Source of the DNA: Eledone cirrhosa
Taxonomy: Eukaryota
Assembly (NCBI GenBank): GCA_964016885.1
Contig: OZ024741.1
Location: forward strand, 17,236,001 to 17,300,000
Length of the DNA stretch: 64,000 nt
Reading direction: 5' to 3'
Shown here: piece after piece, positions 1 to 13,696 of the stretch
Layout of the letters: the number at the start of each line of letters is the position of its first letter
How positions within the stretch are numbered: the first letter of the stretch is position 1
Translations under genes and position numbers: made by a program
Notes under the pieces: model-generated
Told to the model about the DNA's origin: nothing
Database searches by the model: none
What the model saw: only the letters and a program-made list of their open reading frames with translations

Positions 1-231
1 CTTCCCTACGTTCCTCTACACACTATACATCTCATTCTACACTCCCTTACATCTCTCTCTTCACCACCGGATTCTGTTACCCGGAGATTTACCCATCTGC
101 ATTGTTGAGGCTTCCACAACGACCATATATCACAGGTTTGCTGTAGAAATAAATTCTAAAACAGAGCTGTTTACTGGAATATACTTTTGCTTTTTCTTTT
201 TCTTTTATTCTTTTATATTTTATAGAGAAAT

Positions 232-990
232 CGCAGAATTGTTAGAGTCGAATATAATAGTTTCATTTATTACCCACAAGGGCCGACATATAGGGGACAA
301 TACAAAAGACAGGGACAGTGGGGGTTTACATATACAACGTGTAACCAATATAAGTAACAATAACAAAATAACAATAAAAATACAACAAGGAAAATTCCCC
401 AATAGGGGGGATGACCACCCAGGGTTAACTCAGGTACTCCACCAATCCTGAACGACCATACGCTTCGAGAGCCCCCGGGAAGGACACCCCTCTCCTCCTC
501 AAATTCACCCACCTATAGGCGCATGATCAGTGTAGGCCCAGTCACACGGGCCATTCTCGTCACATTCACCCACCTTTCAGCAAATGTACTGGGGGCAGCA
601 CTTCTCTCTCCACCCTCACCTTCCTTTTCAAGTGAAACTTGAAAAAGTTGATGAGGGATTGGCCGAAGAGATAAGTGTCTGTATTCAGTCCTTTCAACCT
701 GGTGCACCATACAACCTCTTTCGCTACTGCCACCAGGCAGAGAAAAATTGCCTGCCCTTCCTGGCCAAATTAAGGCGGCGGGTCGATCTTCACTATGGAC
801 TCGGCCGATAGCTGGATCCGTTCTACACGCGACAACAGCTGTTCGTTTAGAGTCGAATATAATGAGTTGCTGTTCTTTACATTCTGAGTTCAAATCCTAC
901 CGGGGTCAAATATATATGCCTCTCGCCTGTACCAGGACCAGTCAAGTACTGAGGTCGATTTAATCGATTTTTTCCTCCCCTGAAAATACT
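232..990 (+). mobile_element. Degenerate tRNA-derived SINE (family 1) interrupted by the LINE
   Basis: A-box-like CGCAGAATTGTTAGAG at ~232-247. After the insert: CTTTACATTCTGAGTTCAAATCC (B box) and GTCGATTTAATCGA, as in intact copies such as 19254-19475. Confidence 0.55.
259..846 (-). mobile_element. 5'-truncated Tx1/L1-clade LINE fragment with 17-bp TSD
   Basis: TTAGAGTCGAATATAAT at 242-258 and 847-863. Minus strand reads FLCLVAVAKEVVWCTRLKG...LINFFKFHLKRKVRVERE, then a frameshift, then STFAERWV...stop at 513, resembling a Tx1/L1 ORF2 C-terminus. Confidence 0.7.
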
Positions 991-1084
991 GCTCTTGGAG
1001 ATGGTAGGGTAGATTAAGAGAATCTTTTGAGCGTCAGACAAAATGCTTTGCAGTATTTCTTCCGACTGTCCACCGCAGGGTTAA

Positions 1085-1235
1085 ACCCCCAGCTATTACT
1101 GGTACTCATTTTCATCTGAGTATACTAAACAAAGTGAAATGAAGTGTTTTGCTCAAGAACATAACTCACAACTCAGTCTAGGAATCGAACCCATGACGTT
1201 ATGATCGTAAGCACAACACCCTTACCACTAAGCCA
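1085..1235 (-). mobile_element. tRNA-derived SINE (family 2)
   Basis: Minus strand has TGGCTTAGTGGT (A box) and GGTTCGATTCC (B box); body AAGTGTTTTGCTCAAGAACA is shared with 25597-25617. Confidence 0.65.
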
Positions 1236-1259
1236 GGTAGGTGCCTTGCAGACACCTGT

Positions 1260-1500
1260 ACACAGGTAGAATAGTTAACATTATCATTAGTTATATAAAT
1301 TATTTTCAGGTGCAATAATTATCAACAGGTACAATAATAATAATAATGGGCAGGTACGATATCTAATCAGTGAGTACAATAGTTAACTAGCAGGTAGAAT
1401 AATAACCACCAGGTACAACAATAATAATCACCTGGCACACACACCAGTAATCAGCAGGTACAATAGTTAATTATCAGCTATATTAATTATCAACTGCAAT
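1260..1500 (+). repeat. Degenerate CAGGTACAATA(G/A)T minisatellite
   Basis: Motif recurs about 7 times. Confidence 0.5.
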
Positions 1501-1616
1501 CATCATCTTTTGATGACTGGCGGCTTATTCATCTGGTTTGTTTTATACCAAAATAAACGTCTAAAACTCATTAACTTAACTTTCCTTAATTACTAACTTG
1601 AAATACAAGGTTGAAA

Positions 1617-2371
<755 letters not shown>

Positions 2372-2507
2372 GAAAAAAGAGAAATTAACGTGAGCAGGAA
2401 GCCAACAGTATTTCATAATATATAAGTTTATCCTGGGTTCAATCGGGGGTAACCACAGTAAGTAAGGTACTCAATACAAAGCAGAGTAGAAATATTTAAT
2501 ATAGAAA

Positions 2508-2558
2508 AGCTTCTACAGAACTAGAACTGTTTCATTCGTGAGAAATCATCAGGAAGCT
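2508..2558 (-). ncRNA. Type I hammerhead ribozyme (family B)
   Basis: AGCUUC-CUGAUGA-U-UUC(UCAC)GAA-U-GAAA-CAG(UUCUAGUU)CUG-UA|GAAGCU: stem I 6 bp, stem III ACAG/CUGU, GUA triplet. Confidence 0.85.
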
Positions 2559-2861
2559 GACTGTCCAAGTAATATGGTGGTATTTATATATTTTCTGGTG
2601 GTAGGAGAGGGTGGTGATTTGGATGGGTGGAGGTCATTGGTTGATGGGTTTAAAGATAAGGGAATTCTTTAAAAGCTATATTTAGAGTAACAATATATTC
2701 TATTTCAGAAATGCACCGATCAACGGAGTGTAGAGTTTACTGTTCAGGTTTTATTAAAACTATAAATCTATAAGCTAACAAAAATAACAATGTCTCCATC
2801 TTTCTCCCCCTCTTACCCCTCTCTCTTTAGAAAATCGAACAAACTCACATATAACTACACA

Positions 2862-2963
<102 letters not shown>

Positions 2964-3261
2964 AACAAGGTTCAATAAATAAATCAAAGAATTAGTTTTA
3001 CAATAGATTGGAAGCACTCATATATATTTCCCCCTCATCTGTTTTCTCTCTGCCTTTTTTTTTCTTTCCTCTAACAGTTATGTAAATTACTGTTATGTAT
3101 TTTTAAGTTTTCTCACACGTATTTCTCACTCTCTGTATTATATGTAAGTTTTTTCATGTATCAATATTAAGGTATATAAATATTGAGTTTTGTCATATCT
3201 TACTCACTACCATGACTGGATCTTAACCATCTACTATGTCAGGGTATGTCATGCATCATCT

Positions 3262-3328
3262 TATTTTATCTGATGAGGACGTACTGTTGAAGTTAGCTCA
3301 GTACCTCTGAAATATGTATAATAAAATA
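3262..3328 (+). ncRNA. Type I hammerhead ribozyme (family G, AU-rich stem III)
   Basis: UAUUUUAU-CUGAUGA-GGACGUACUG...CAGUACCUCU-GAAA-UAUGUAUA|AUAAAAUA: stem I 8 bp, stem II 9 of 10 pairs. Confidence 0.8.
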
Positions 3329-3396
3329 TACTTGATCACAAGTTCTATTTTTATTAATATTTTGAATTAATATTGTATATATATATATTATATATA

Positions 3397-3460
<64 letters not shown>

Positions 3461-3464
<4 letters not shown>

Positions 3465-3612
3465 AACCGGTAAAGGAACCAAATAAATATATATTTAAAA
3501 AAAAAAGACTCCAGTTGCATTTTCGATTTCATCTTTTTTCCTTATACTTTCAATCGTGTAGGACACCTCAGTTATTTTTCATTTTGTAAAAAAAACCTCA
3601 CTTTCTAATATA
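3461..3612 (+). mobile_element. PLE-like tail fragment (family F)
   Basis: Same sequence as 35188-35342 and, inverted, 9095-9295; flanked by (TA)n. Confidence 0.75.
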
Positions 3613-3621
3613 TATATATAC

Positions 3622-3816
3622 ATAACAAAGGAATTGTGGTAAGGAACCAGATGGACCATAACGCACCAGAGTACTCAATACTTAGGGTAGCAGAGTGGGA
3701 AATAGGAAAAAGTATGATCCCGACGGCAGAGCTCAAGCCGTTTCGACGGTTATTTCTGCCCAGAAATAGCCGTCGAAACGGCTTGAGCTCTGCCGTCGGG
3801 ATCATACTTTTTCCTA
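3622..3816. mobile_element. Family A head-to-head palindrome with HHR 3' half
   Basis: Arms ~3702-3758 and ~3761-3815; GAAACGGC-UUGAGCUCU-GCCGUC (stem III plus GUC) at 3775-3797; (TA)n on both sides. Confidence 0.85.
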
Positions 3817-4272
3817 TATATATATATATATATACACAGACATACATATAAATATATATATATACATATACATACACACATGAATTTTATGAGCAAATAA
3901 ACACTTCCATTCTGAATCAATAGGAGGGATATTCTACTGAAGAGGGAATGTGGGGTTGTTTTGGATGATGTGGGTAATGTGTTATTCAAACAAACAGGCT
4001 TGCTTATGGAAACAGCTCCCTTTGTGAAAAACCAGCTCCCTAAATGAAACAAAGGCTTCTTCTCTATGAAGATTAGGATACATGTATAAATAGTGACCCT
4101 CCTAAATGTTCGGGGTCAACGAATATATTTTTTAAAATGTGAATCAATATATCAATCAATATATATATATAGTTATATATATATATATATAGTTATATAT
4201 ATATAACCCTCAAGCGTGAACCTAATACTAACACTTTGTACTGCACTTTTCGTTATTGTTTTTATTCTGTTT

Positions 4273-4329
<57 letters not shown>

Positions 4330-4334
4330 ATATA

Positions 4335-4472
<138 letters not shown>

Positions 4473-4664
4473 CACACGCACATATATATATATATATATA
4501 CACACGCACATACATATATATACGTATATATGTATGTATATATAATAATACGTAAATAAACAAATGCAAAATAAATAAAAGTTACTCTATTTAAGAAGAA
4601 TCTAGATAGATAACGGTCGGACGTGATGGAAGTGGAGGTCATAGGGTGGCTGTTTGATTGCGGT

Positions 4665-4880
4665 GGGAGTAGTGGTGGTGGTGATGGTAGTGGTGCTGGT
4701 GGAGGTGGTAGTGGTGGTAGTGATTGTGGTATTGGTATTGGTGGTGGTTGTGCGGTTAGGTAGTCATTATAGTGATGGTGGTGGTGATTGTTGTGGTGCT
4801 GATGGTGGAGGTGCTGGTGGTGGTGATTGGTGTGGTGCTGATGGTGGAGGTGCTGGTGGTGGTGATTGGTGTGGTGCTGG
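4665..4880. repeat. (GGT)n-rich low-complexity tract
   Basis: Direct reading. Confidence 0.9.
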
Positions 4881-5186
4881 GGGATGCTGGAAACAAAAGC
4901 TCTTAATATTCAGATCGTTAAAAAAAACCTCAAAGAAACTGTCATAAAGAACCTGTCATAAATTCTACCCAACACTATAAAAAGGCCTTAACAAGATTGA
5001 GTGATTATTAAGACAACAACAATAAAAATAACAACACATACATATATATATATCGAAATGCGAGTTTGAAATACAGTAGCATTTAAAACATTCAAACATT
5101 AATTGAATGAGCACTCAATACTGGTGCGAAGAGTTTACCAGTGTAGCAATTTATATACATATAAAATAGTTTTCAGTGGTTAGTCT

Positions 5187-5286
5187 CTGATGATGCGCGC
5201 ATGGTAATAGCGCATTGCATTATAGGAGATTAATTGATTTTCTAGACTTTACCGGCTGCTACATAAATGCACTGAAACACGTGTTA
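5187..5286 (+). ncRNA. Degenerate hammerhead with long branched stem II
   Basis: CUGAUGA...GAAA-CACGUG-UU with palindromic stem III ACACGUGU; stem I poorly paired. Confidence 0.5.
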
Positions 5287-5847
5287 TATATAGCCTGCAT
5301 TAATATGTTATTTTAATATATATATATATCGTATTTGACAGCTTATATATAAGAGGTATGTTTTTTCCCCAAAATGTTCCAGAAAATCATCCTGTGTCTT
5401 ATAAGGTCAAGGGTCAGTTTGGGTTACTGGCTAGTGGAGTTCTAGTGCTGCAGTTGCCCTTAAATTAAACGGCAAACATCTCCGCAACTGTAAACAAGGA
5501 GGCGATCGCTTCTACACCAATAACAGCAACATAAATACATTTTTATGATGAACAGAATAAATTTATTTTCTCTTTCTTTTGTTTTAAAAATGTACTAAAT
5601 ATTTTAACAAAAAATACGATGTAAAGAATAAATATCGATACATATCGATACAGATTGAACATGGAGCTGATCAATAGCGAAACGCGCGTCACACCTGAAT
5701 AAACTCAATGAAAATTTGACACCTCGTCCATACTTATTATTGTTACACTCTGCTTAGTACAGCCCTAAAGTACATACTGGAGACTACGCATCGAGTGCTC
5801 ACTTTGGTGAACCAACAGTCACTTAACGTTACAATCCCTATATATAT

Positions 5848-5890
<43 letters not shown>

Positions 5891-5894
<4 letters not shown>

Positions 5895-6490
5895 GGACTA
5901 ATTTTATATGTAACCCATGTGCAACCACGCAGTATTCCTTTCTTCCCATGTTTTTTATACATATTTACCTCGACTGCGATTATCTGTTTCTCTCTTTCTC
6001 TCTTACTGCTCCCCCGTTCTCTCTGTTTCTCTCACCTTCTTTCGCCCCCTCTGTCAGTTAACACTTTCTCTCGACTGACCTCTTCCTCGCACTTCCACTC
6101 ACTCACTCTCTGTTTCTACCCTTCTCACTTCCTCCCGTTCGTTAGTAGTAGGGTTCTTCCTTTCTCACATCTCATTCACGTCGGACGGTCTGTTTTCGAC
6201 CGCTCATGAAATTCACCCAGCTTATGCTGACCGGATGACCAAATTTTTGCTTGTTTTTTTCCTACCTTCGGTTTGCTTTTCCTTCTATGTTGTTTACTTG
6301 ACTCACTCGCTTTACGCGATTCACTTGTCCCAATAGCTTATTTTAGTTATTGCTCGAACCAACCTGAGGTATATGATTTTTAATGCGATGAAATACCAAT
6401 GATGGTTGGCAAATCACTGATGAGGGACTAATTTTATAATATGTAACCCATGTGCAACCACGCAGTATTCCTCTTTCTCCCCATGTTTTA
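5891..6490 (+). mobile_element. Family C element, ~530-bp unit with ~65-bp terminal redundancy, between (TA)n tracts
   Basis: TGAGGGACTAATTTTATA...CCATGTTTT at 5891 and 6421. Relatives at ~7211-7360, 16990-17155 (-) and 41550-41713. Confidence 0.75.
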
Positions 6491-6657
6491 TATATATATA
6501 TATATATATACCGCATACGGCCGCTTTAAGCATCCAACACCAATTATATATATATATATATATATTAAAATCTTTTCCTGAGTCCAATCATTTTCGTTGC
6601 TATGGCAATGCGGCTGGACTGCCAATCGCTATATTTGATTTGCAAAGCTGTCTAACG

Positions 6658-6732
<75 letters not shown>

Positions 6733-7364
6733 CCCCCTCTCAAGCGTGAACCTAATACCAACTCTGTTCGTAACTGCACTCTTTGTTATTGTTTTTTGCT
6801 TTTTACTTTGCCTTCTCTCTCTCTCTCTGTTAGCCTCTTCCTCACCTCACCCTTCACTCACTCATTCTCTGTCACTACCTCTCCTCCTCCTCCTCTTTCT
6901 TCCCATTTGACCTGTGAGTAACTCTTTTCTCTCACATTCTCGGCCAAGCTGGTCGGAATATTTTCTCTCTCGTCTACGATTTCACAGAACTTATGTTTAC
7001 CGAATTCGCAGACCAGACCCCTTCTTCCTCCCGTTAGACCTGTGCGAAATTCCTTCCTTGCTCACATTTCAACCAGGTTTGATGGTCTTTATTCTCTCGT
7101 TCACGATTTCACCGAACTTAAATTCATAGAAATCTGGGACTTGTCTCCTTCTTCCTCACTTTCTGTTGCCTCACCATTTTGTTTGTTTACCCTCGCGTCC
7201 CCTTTATTTACGTGTCCCAACGACTTTTTTTTAGCCGTTGCTCGCACCAACCGGAGATATATGGTCTTTAAAGCGATGAAATGCCTATGATAGTTGGAAG
7301 ATCACTGATGAAGGACAAACTTTTTTCATATGTAACCCATTTGCAACTCCGCAGCGCCCTTATT

Positions 7365-7431
<67 letters not shown>

Positions 7432-8805
7432 GGAACAATTGCTTAATATTATAATAATTACTTACATGCAATATTTTTGTTGAGGCATAAAATATTTGTT
7501 AGAAGTCATCTTTAATTTCAATATTATCTCTTCCTTGCCGTAATGTCATAATAATTGAAGTGTCAAGAATAATTAAGAATAGACATTTAAATGTAATAAA
7601 AGCAACATTATATTAACTAACACTAACTTAATTATAGTTGAGTCGTTTTTTTTTCATGTAGCTTTGAATGACGTCATAAGGAGGAACCTCGGTGTGATCG
7701 GTTTCCTGTTAGAACCGGATACTGTCGACCTCGGTAGCAGTGTGGTTAAGTAGCCAGACCGGAATATTATTTTCTCGTTGGAATGGAATCGCATGTCTGG
7801 GACGTCATATAATGTGACACTTTCTCTGGTGCCAATAAACTGCTTCTTCATGGAAATGAACTAAATACGAGGAACTGACTGACCGTTTCCTTTATTGTAC
7901 TACCAGTCGCTATTGAGTCCTCCAGTGCTTCGGTTCCCAGGCTACGAGAGAGGAGCGAATGGTGACTCAATACCAAACATTGACTGACCGTTTCCGTTTC
8001 CTTTCCGTCGTTATTAACACATCCGGTCTCCTCAGTCGCCGGACTGTCGTTTTCCTCCAGCAAACTATGAAGACGTCATGTCTGAGAAAGAACCCCGAGG
8101 AAAGGGTGTAGAGTTAGCTCCCAAGAATTTCTATTTTTTTTTTCTTCTCCCTTTCTGCTTGTAAATAATATGTACCGCAGTTGGTCTCGGCAATGAGTGT
8201 TCCAGTTGGTTGAACACAAGAACATGTAAATAAAGTCTTGAAATATTTATTTCTAGATTATATTTATCGATAATCTTTTCCTTAAATGCACATCAAATCT
8301 TACTTCAGCTAGAAATATGATAATGAAAGGGTTAAGAAATCATATTGATGGCCTCCCCACAGCGCCGGGGGACAGAATGGAGAAGACGTTTACCCGGAGG
8401 ATGGTAAGGGAGGAGCATTTCACATACATGTATGCCCCTTTGAATTACTGGTACAAACCTTCCAAAACGTTTCTGTCTACAGTTTCCTTTACAAGACTAA
8501 GCTGTCCCGGGGATATGGTAGATGCCATTTGCTGAAGATGTCATGTGGTGGGATCGAACCCAGGACGTAATAACTGCAAATCGAACTCCTTAACCTTTAA
8601 TCGAACTCCTTAACCTTTCAGCCAATTGAATATAAAATTCTGATGCAATGTTTTCTCTGATTAATGGCTGATCCGAGGCTAAACAACAACAACAATGAAC
8701 AACAAAAGTACCAACCTGTTCCATTTCACCTGACTTAACTAACACAGAACAATCAACTAAAGTATTTTCCGCCGGCCATATTGTTAAAGATACATACTAC
8801 CCCCC

Positions 8806-8896
<91 letters not shown>

Positions 8897-8999
8897 TGTG
8901 AATGAAGTAATTCCGTCGGAAAGGTCCAGGAAAAAAGAGTGCTCTATATAGGTTACAGAGCTTATTAGTTATGTAATAAACAACATAAGATAATTATTA

Positions 9000-9054
9000 C
9001 ATTTACGAGTGGTTTCTTGAAAGCAAGCAAAATTTGCTTTCAATCATCAGAATG
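9000..9054 (-). ncRNA. Type I hammerhead ribozyme (family I)
   Basis: CAUU-CUGAUGA-UUGAAAGCAA(AUUUUGC)UUGCUUUCAA-GAAAC-CACUC-GUA|AAUG: perfect 10-bp stem II. Its tail (8905-8978) recurs inverted at ~42407-42478. Confidence 0.85.
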
Positions 9055-9292
9055 AAAAAATCCTGGTGTATTTATTGACACTGGATTTTCCAATATATAT
9101 ATTAGAAAATGAGGTTTTTTTTACAAAATGAAAAAAAACTAGATGTCCTACACGAGTGAAAGTATAAGAAAAAAAGATGAAATCGAAAATGCAACTGGAG
9201 TCTTTAAGAATATTTATTTGGTTCCTTTATCGGTTTCGCAGTTCTTGTGATTTTCAAAAGTAGAATTGAGATGGAGGGTTTGTGGTTTTTCT

Positions 9293-9368
<76 letters not shown>

Positions 9369-9450
9369 GAGGTTATATTTAATTTGTTGGGATTCAACAA
9401 GCTTAAACATTTTTATAACTGATATAAAGCACTCGACAATTTAGTGGAGT

Positions 9451-9600
9451 ATATATACAATATTTTAACAAATGGAAACTATATTTATAAAACAATATTT
9501 ATTTTATTATACTTATTTCAAGGGCCCTTGAAATATGTATAATAAAATAAATATGGTTTTATAAATATAGTTTCCATTTGTTAATATATTGTATATATAT
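9451..9600. repeat. Palindrome of a family G-related tail centred in HHR stem II
   Basis: Centre AAGGG|CCCTT at 9524/9525, directly next to GAAATATGTATA; arm matches 16732-16787. Confidence 0.85.
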
Positions 9601-9657
9601 ATATATGTATATATACTGAGGTGTCGGTAAACAACCAACACATACTCAAAATTCATA

Positions 9658-9700
<43 letters not shown>

Positions 9701-9703
<3 letters not shown>

Positions 9704-9865
9704 GTGTGGTAAGGAACCAGGTGGACCATAACGCACCAGAGTATTCGATACTTTGGGTAGTAGAGTGGGTAATAGGATCAGTCAAAACCCCGACGGCAGA
9801 GCTCAAGCCATTTCGACAGCTATTTCTGGAGTCCAGAAGCCTATGGGTTTCTTCATGCGACGGAA
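9701..9865 (-). mobile_element. Family A copy retaining upstream HHR part (AUGAAGA core, degenerate)
   Basis: Minus: ATGAAGA...TTCTGGA-C-TCCAGAA...GAAATGGC-TTGAGCTCT-GCCGTC. Confidence 0.7.
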
Positions 9866-10096
9866 GTGTACAATGAAGTGAAATTGTATATTAATAAGAA
9901 TATGGGAAAAAGTAACATGTTTTGAGAAGTGTTTTGCTGTTATTCTGAGAAAATCCCTTTAGCATTTTCCACTGTCTTTTTCTTTATTACAATTATATAT
10001 ATATATATATATCAACTCGCATGTCACCTCTCTACATTCTATATATATAACTGGAATTGAACCATCAGCAGAGTTGAGGTATGTCAGACATCAATT

Positions 10097-10162
10097 TATT
10101 TTATCTGATGACGACGTACTGATGAAACAGCACAGTACCTCTGAAATATATATAATAAAATA
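10097..10162 (+). ncRNA. Type I hammerhead ribozyme (family G)
   Basis: UAUUUUAU-CUGAUGA...GUACUG/CAGUAC...GAAA-UAUAUAUA|AUAAAAUA. Confidence 0.75.
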
Positions 10163-10221
10163 TATTTGATCACATGACTGTCTATATTTATTAATATTTT
10201 GAAGTAATTTATATATATATA

Positions 10222-10395
10222 TAATGAAGGAAGTGTGGCAAGGAACCAGGTGGATCATAACGCAGCAGAGTACTCGATACTTTAGGTAGTAGAGTGGGTA
10301 ACACGAAAATGTTCAGGACCCCGACGGCTATTTCTGGACTACAGAAATAGCCGTCGAAACGGCTTGAGCTCTGCCGTCGGGGTCCTCACCATTTT

Positions 10396-10400
<5 letters not shown>
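10222..10400. mobile_element. Family A palindrome with internal deletion
   Basis: Left arm deleted between CGACGGC repeats; centre at TTCTGGACTACAGAA. Confidence 0.8.
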
Positions 10401-10446
<46 letters not shown>

Positions 10447-10452
10447 TATTAT

Positions 10453-10480
10453 CTGATGAAGGAATAGTGTCCGAAACGTT
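10453..10480 (+). ncRNA. Minimal hammerhead core (family H), stem I disrupted
   Basis: CUGAUGA-A-GGA(AUAGUG)UCC-GAAACGUU. Confidence 0.6.
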
Positions 10481-10486
10481 AAGGCT

Positions 10487-10775
10487 CTTTTTGTTCAACA
10501 CTGACACAGGAACGATGTACTAGTTTAAAGCTTGTTAGCTATCATCAGCACCGTATACCCTTCTGCCAGATAGTTGAACGTTCGAAAGTATATACTTTCC
10601 TTATGAAAATTAACGGCTGAGCAGCCTAATTTGCATATCGAGTGAGTTAAGTCGGCCAGCCTTAACACCGTATGGCATAAATCAGGCTGTTCGCTTGTTT
10701 ACAAACGAACAAAGCGGGCGTTATAATAAACGTTCGCTAAACTGATACGTACATATATATATGTGTACCTGTATG

Positions 10776-10831
<56 letters not shown>

Positions 10832-11339
10832 TGCTACTGTACGTCTGTATACATATATGTATGTACGTATACATACATACTTACATTTAAGTAAGTGCCG
10901 TACTAAGAGTGAGAAATGAAATTTCGTTTCATTATATTACAACTTATCGTTTTCGGTACGCCTGGCCGACTTAACTCACTCGATATGCAAATTAGGCTGC
11001 TCAGCCGTTAATTTTCATAAGGAAAGTATATACTTTCGAACGTTCAACTATCTGGCAGAAGGGTATACGGTGCTGATGATAGCTAACAAGCTTTAAACTA
11101 GTACATCGTTCCTGTGTCAGTGTTGAACAAAAAGGTGACGTGGTTGCCTTAACACCGTACGGCATAAATCAGGCTGTTCGCTTGTTTACAAACGAACAAA
11201 GCGGGCGTTATAATAAACGTTCGCTAAACTGATACGTACATATATATATGTGTACCTGTATGTATATATATATATATATATATGCATGCTACTGTACGTC
11301 TGTATACATATATGTATGTACGTATACATACATACTTAC

Positions 11340-11344
<5 letters not shown>
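10487..11344. mobile_element. Family D (468-bp retrozyme-like) inverted composite copy
   Basis: Homologous to the 22472 unit; inversion at ~10660; HHRs at 10512-10554 (-) and 11067-11109 (+), both with UAAAC instead of GAAAC. Confidence 0.85.
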
Positions 11345-11387
<43 letters not shown>

Positions 11388-11389
<2 letters not shown>

Positions 11390-11530
11390 AACGAAGGAAA
11401 TGTGGTAAGGAACCAGGTGGACCATAACGCACCAAAGTACTCAATACTTAGGGTAGTAGAGTGGGTAATAGGAACAAGTAAGACCCCGACGGCTGAGCTC
11501 AAGCCGTTTCGACGGCTAATTCTGTACAGA
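11388..11530 (-). mobile_element. Family A copy
   Basis: Near-identical to 32965-33105. Confidence 0.85.
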
Positions 11531-11714
11531 ATATATATATATGTATATATGAATATATATATATGTGTGTGTATAACCATAAAGTCTAACAGGCTCCACT
11601 CCTTAATTCGTGGTTGAATGATTTGAGAGGAAAAGAAAAAAAAACATTAAACAAAACATTGTGACTCGTGATTCTTATTATCCCAACCATCTTTACTGAA
11701 CAATGTCATGCCTC

Positions 11715-12520
11715 ACTACCACTACCACCTCCACCACTACCACCACCACCACCACCACCACCACCACCACTACCAATACCACTACTACCACCACCACCAC
11801 CACTACCAATACCACTACCACTACCGCTATCACCTCTAACACCAACTACCACCAATACGACTACCACCTTCACCACCACCACTACCACTACAATCACCAT
11901 CTCCATGTATACCGCTGCCACCACCACCACCACCACCACCGCCACCACTACCATCACCACCGCCACCACTACCACTACCATCACCACCTCCACCACTACC
12001 ACCACCACAACCATCTCCACCTCCGTCTATACGACTACCATTACCACCTCCACCCCTACCACCACCATAACCATCTCCACCACTACCACTATTACCAATA
12101 CCACTACCACTACCACCATCATCACTACCACAACCATCACCACCTCCGGTTATACCACTACCACAACCATCACCACTAACATCAACTACCACCAATACCA
12201 TTACCGCTATCACCACCAACGCCAACTACCACCACCACCATTACCACTACCATCACCACCGCCACCACCACTACCATCACCACCTCCCCCAATACCACTA
12301 CTATCACCACCTCCGTCTATACCATTACCACAACCATCATCACCTCCACCAATACCAATACCAATACCACTACCACTTCCATCACCACCACCAATACCAC
12401 TACTACCATCACCACTAACACCAACCACCACCACCACCAACTACCACCAATACAACAACAAGCACCATTCCTATCATCCCTGAACACCACCATAAACCAT
12501 AACAACAACAATAACAACAA
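11715..12520. repeat. (ACC/ACT)n trinucleotide tract
   Basis: Direct reading. Confidence 0.95.
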
Positions 12521-12974
12521 TACTGTAACAGAACACCCTATAGTAAGGAGTAAAATGTAAGGTAACTCCATATACATCCAGCCATCCTTCACAGACAAGA
12601 ATGTCATTTAAAAAAAACTAAAGAGGTTGGTGATAGTGACTTTTTATATTTAGGCACACAAACCCTTTTGAAGCCAACTTGCTCTAAACTGCCTCTGGTT
12701 TTCTGATAGAAAACCCACACATATGAAGGGCTTCTATTTAGATTAAAACATTCAAACAGTTTTCCATTTGTTAAATTTAAAAGAAAGATTTCTGTGTGTC
12801 TAATTCATTCAACCTTACAGAGAATATAAGTACTTTAAACATATATAGCCTGTATTCAATACCTTTGTGAAACTTACCCTCCGCCTCTGGGTCCCCACCC
12901 ACAGGATTTGCTAAGTTATGTTACAAATACAATTGTTTCTAATTTACGTACAAGATTAGACAAGCAAATACCGG

Positions 12975-13202
12975 GGTTTGTCTGGCCGTTTTCTCTTTGC
13001 CTCGGTCACCATCACCTCAGGCGTCCTCAGACCACGTACAACCGAGCTTCTCCGTAAAATCGGAACGTCAGCAGCTCGTCTACGAAGAAGCCCCACGAGG
13101 TGGGGTGGGTGGCTGTTGCTGCGAGTGTCGCTGGCCATTTTCCGCGGAAATGCCTTTGCAGTTTTGTCAGTGAGACATACCCGAAACACCACCCCGACCT
13201 AG
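12975..13202 (+). mobile_element. CRE-like (RLE non-LTR) ORF C-terminal fragment
   Basis: Translation WLLLRVSLAIFRGNAFAVL resembles the QRLSxAxxRGNA terminal motif. Confidence 0.55.
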
Positions 13203-13454
13203 GCGTAGAGCCTGTATCCTCTCTCTTTCCGCCCCCCTTTCTTCCGTGGCTTAATGGTCCTTGCTATTTCCCTCATCTTCTTTTCATTTAGGCATTTATA
13301 GTCCTTTCTTCTACTTTCCTATGCAAGATGTACCCTTCTTTACCCCCTCCCACTTTTGTTATTACTTAATTTTGTTTTTATCTCTCTTTGACATAATATG
13401 TTTATGTGTAACAGATATCAAAATAAAATTAATTTCCCACCTTAAGAATGGTTT

Positions 13455-13590
13455 CTAATTTAAGCACAAGACCAACAATTTATTGGGTGGGGAAAGTCGA
13501 TTGTATCTACCCCAGTATTTGACTGGTACTTTATCTTATCGACACCAGAAGGACAAAAGGTGAGTTTGATCTTGACAAGATTTCAACAAA
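13455..13590 (-). mobile_element. SINE family 1 fragment
   Basis: CTGGTACTTTATCTTATCGAC core on the reverse strand. Confidence 0.65.
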
Positions 13591-13696
13591 CTATTTCCCA
13601 CAGACACTAACATGATTATACCAATTAACAGCCTTTACTCTCTTAATGAAATAATTAATAACTTTATCAAATCTCCCCCAAATTCTTCAATACTTT

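Noticed and set aside
8579-8618. Short direct duplications (also 14025-14054 and 57545-57690)
   Set aside because: Ordinary slippage products.
12878-12910. 33-nt minus-strand micro-exon with GTAAGT donor
   Set aside because: Weak acceptor; expected by chance in 64 kb.
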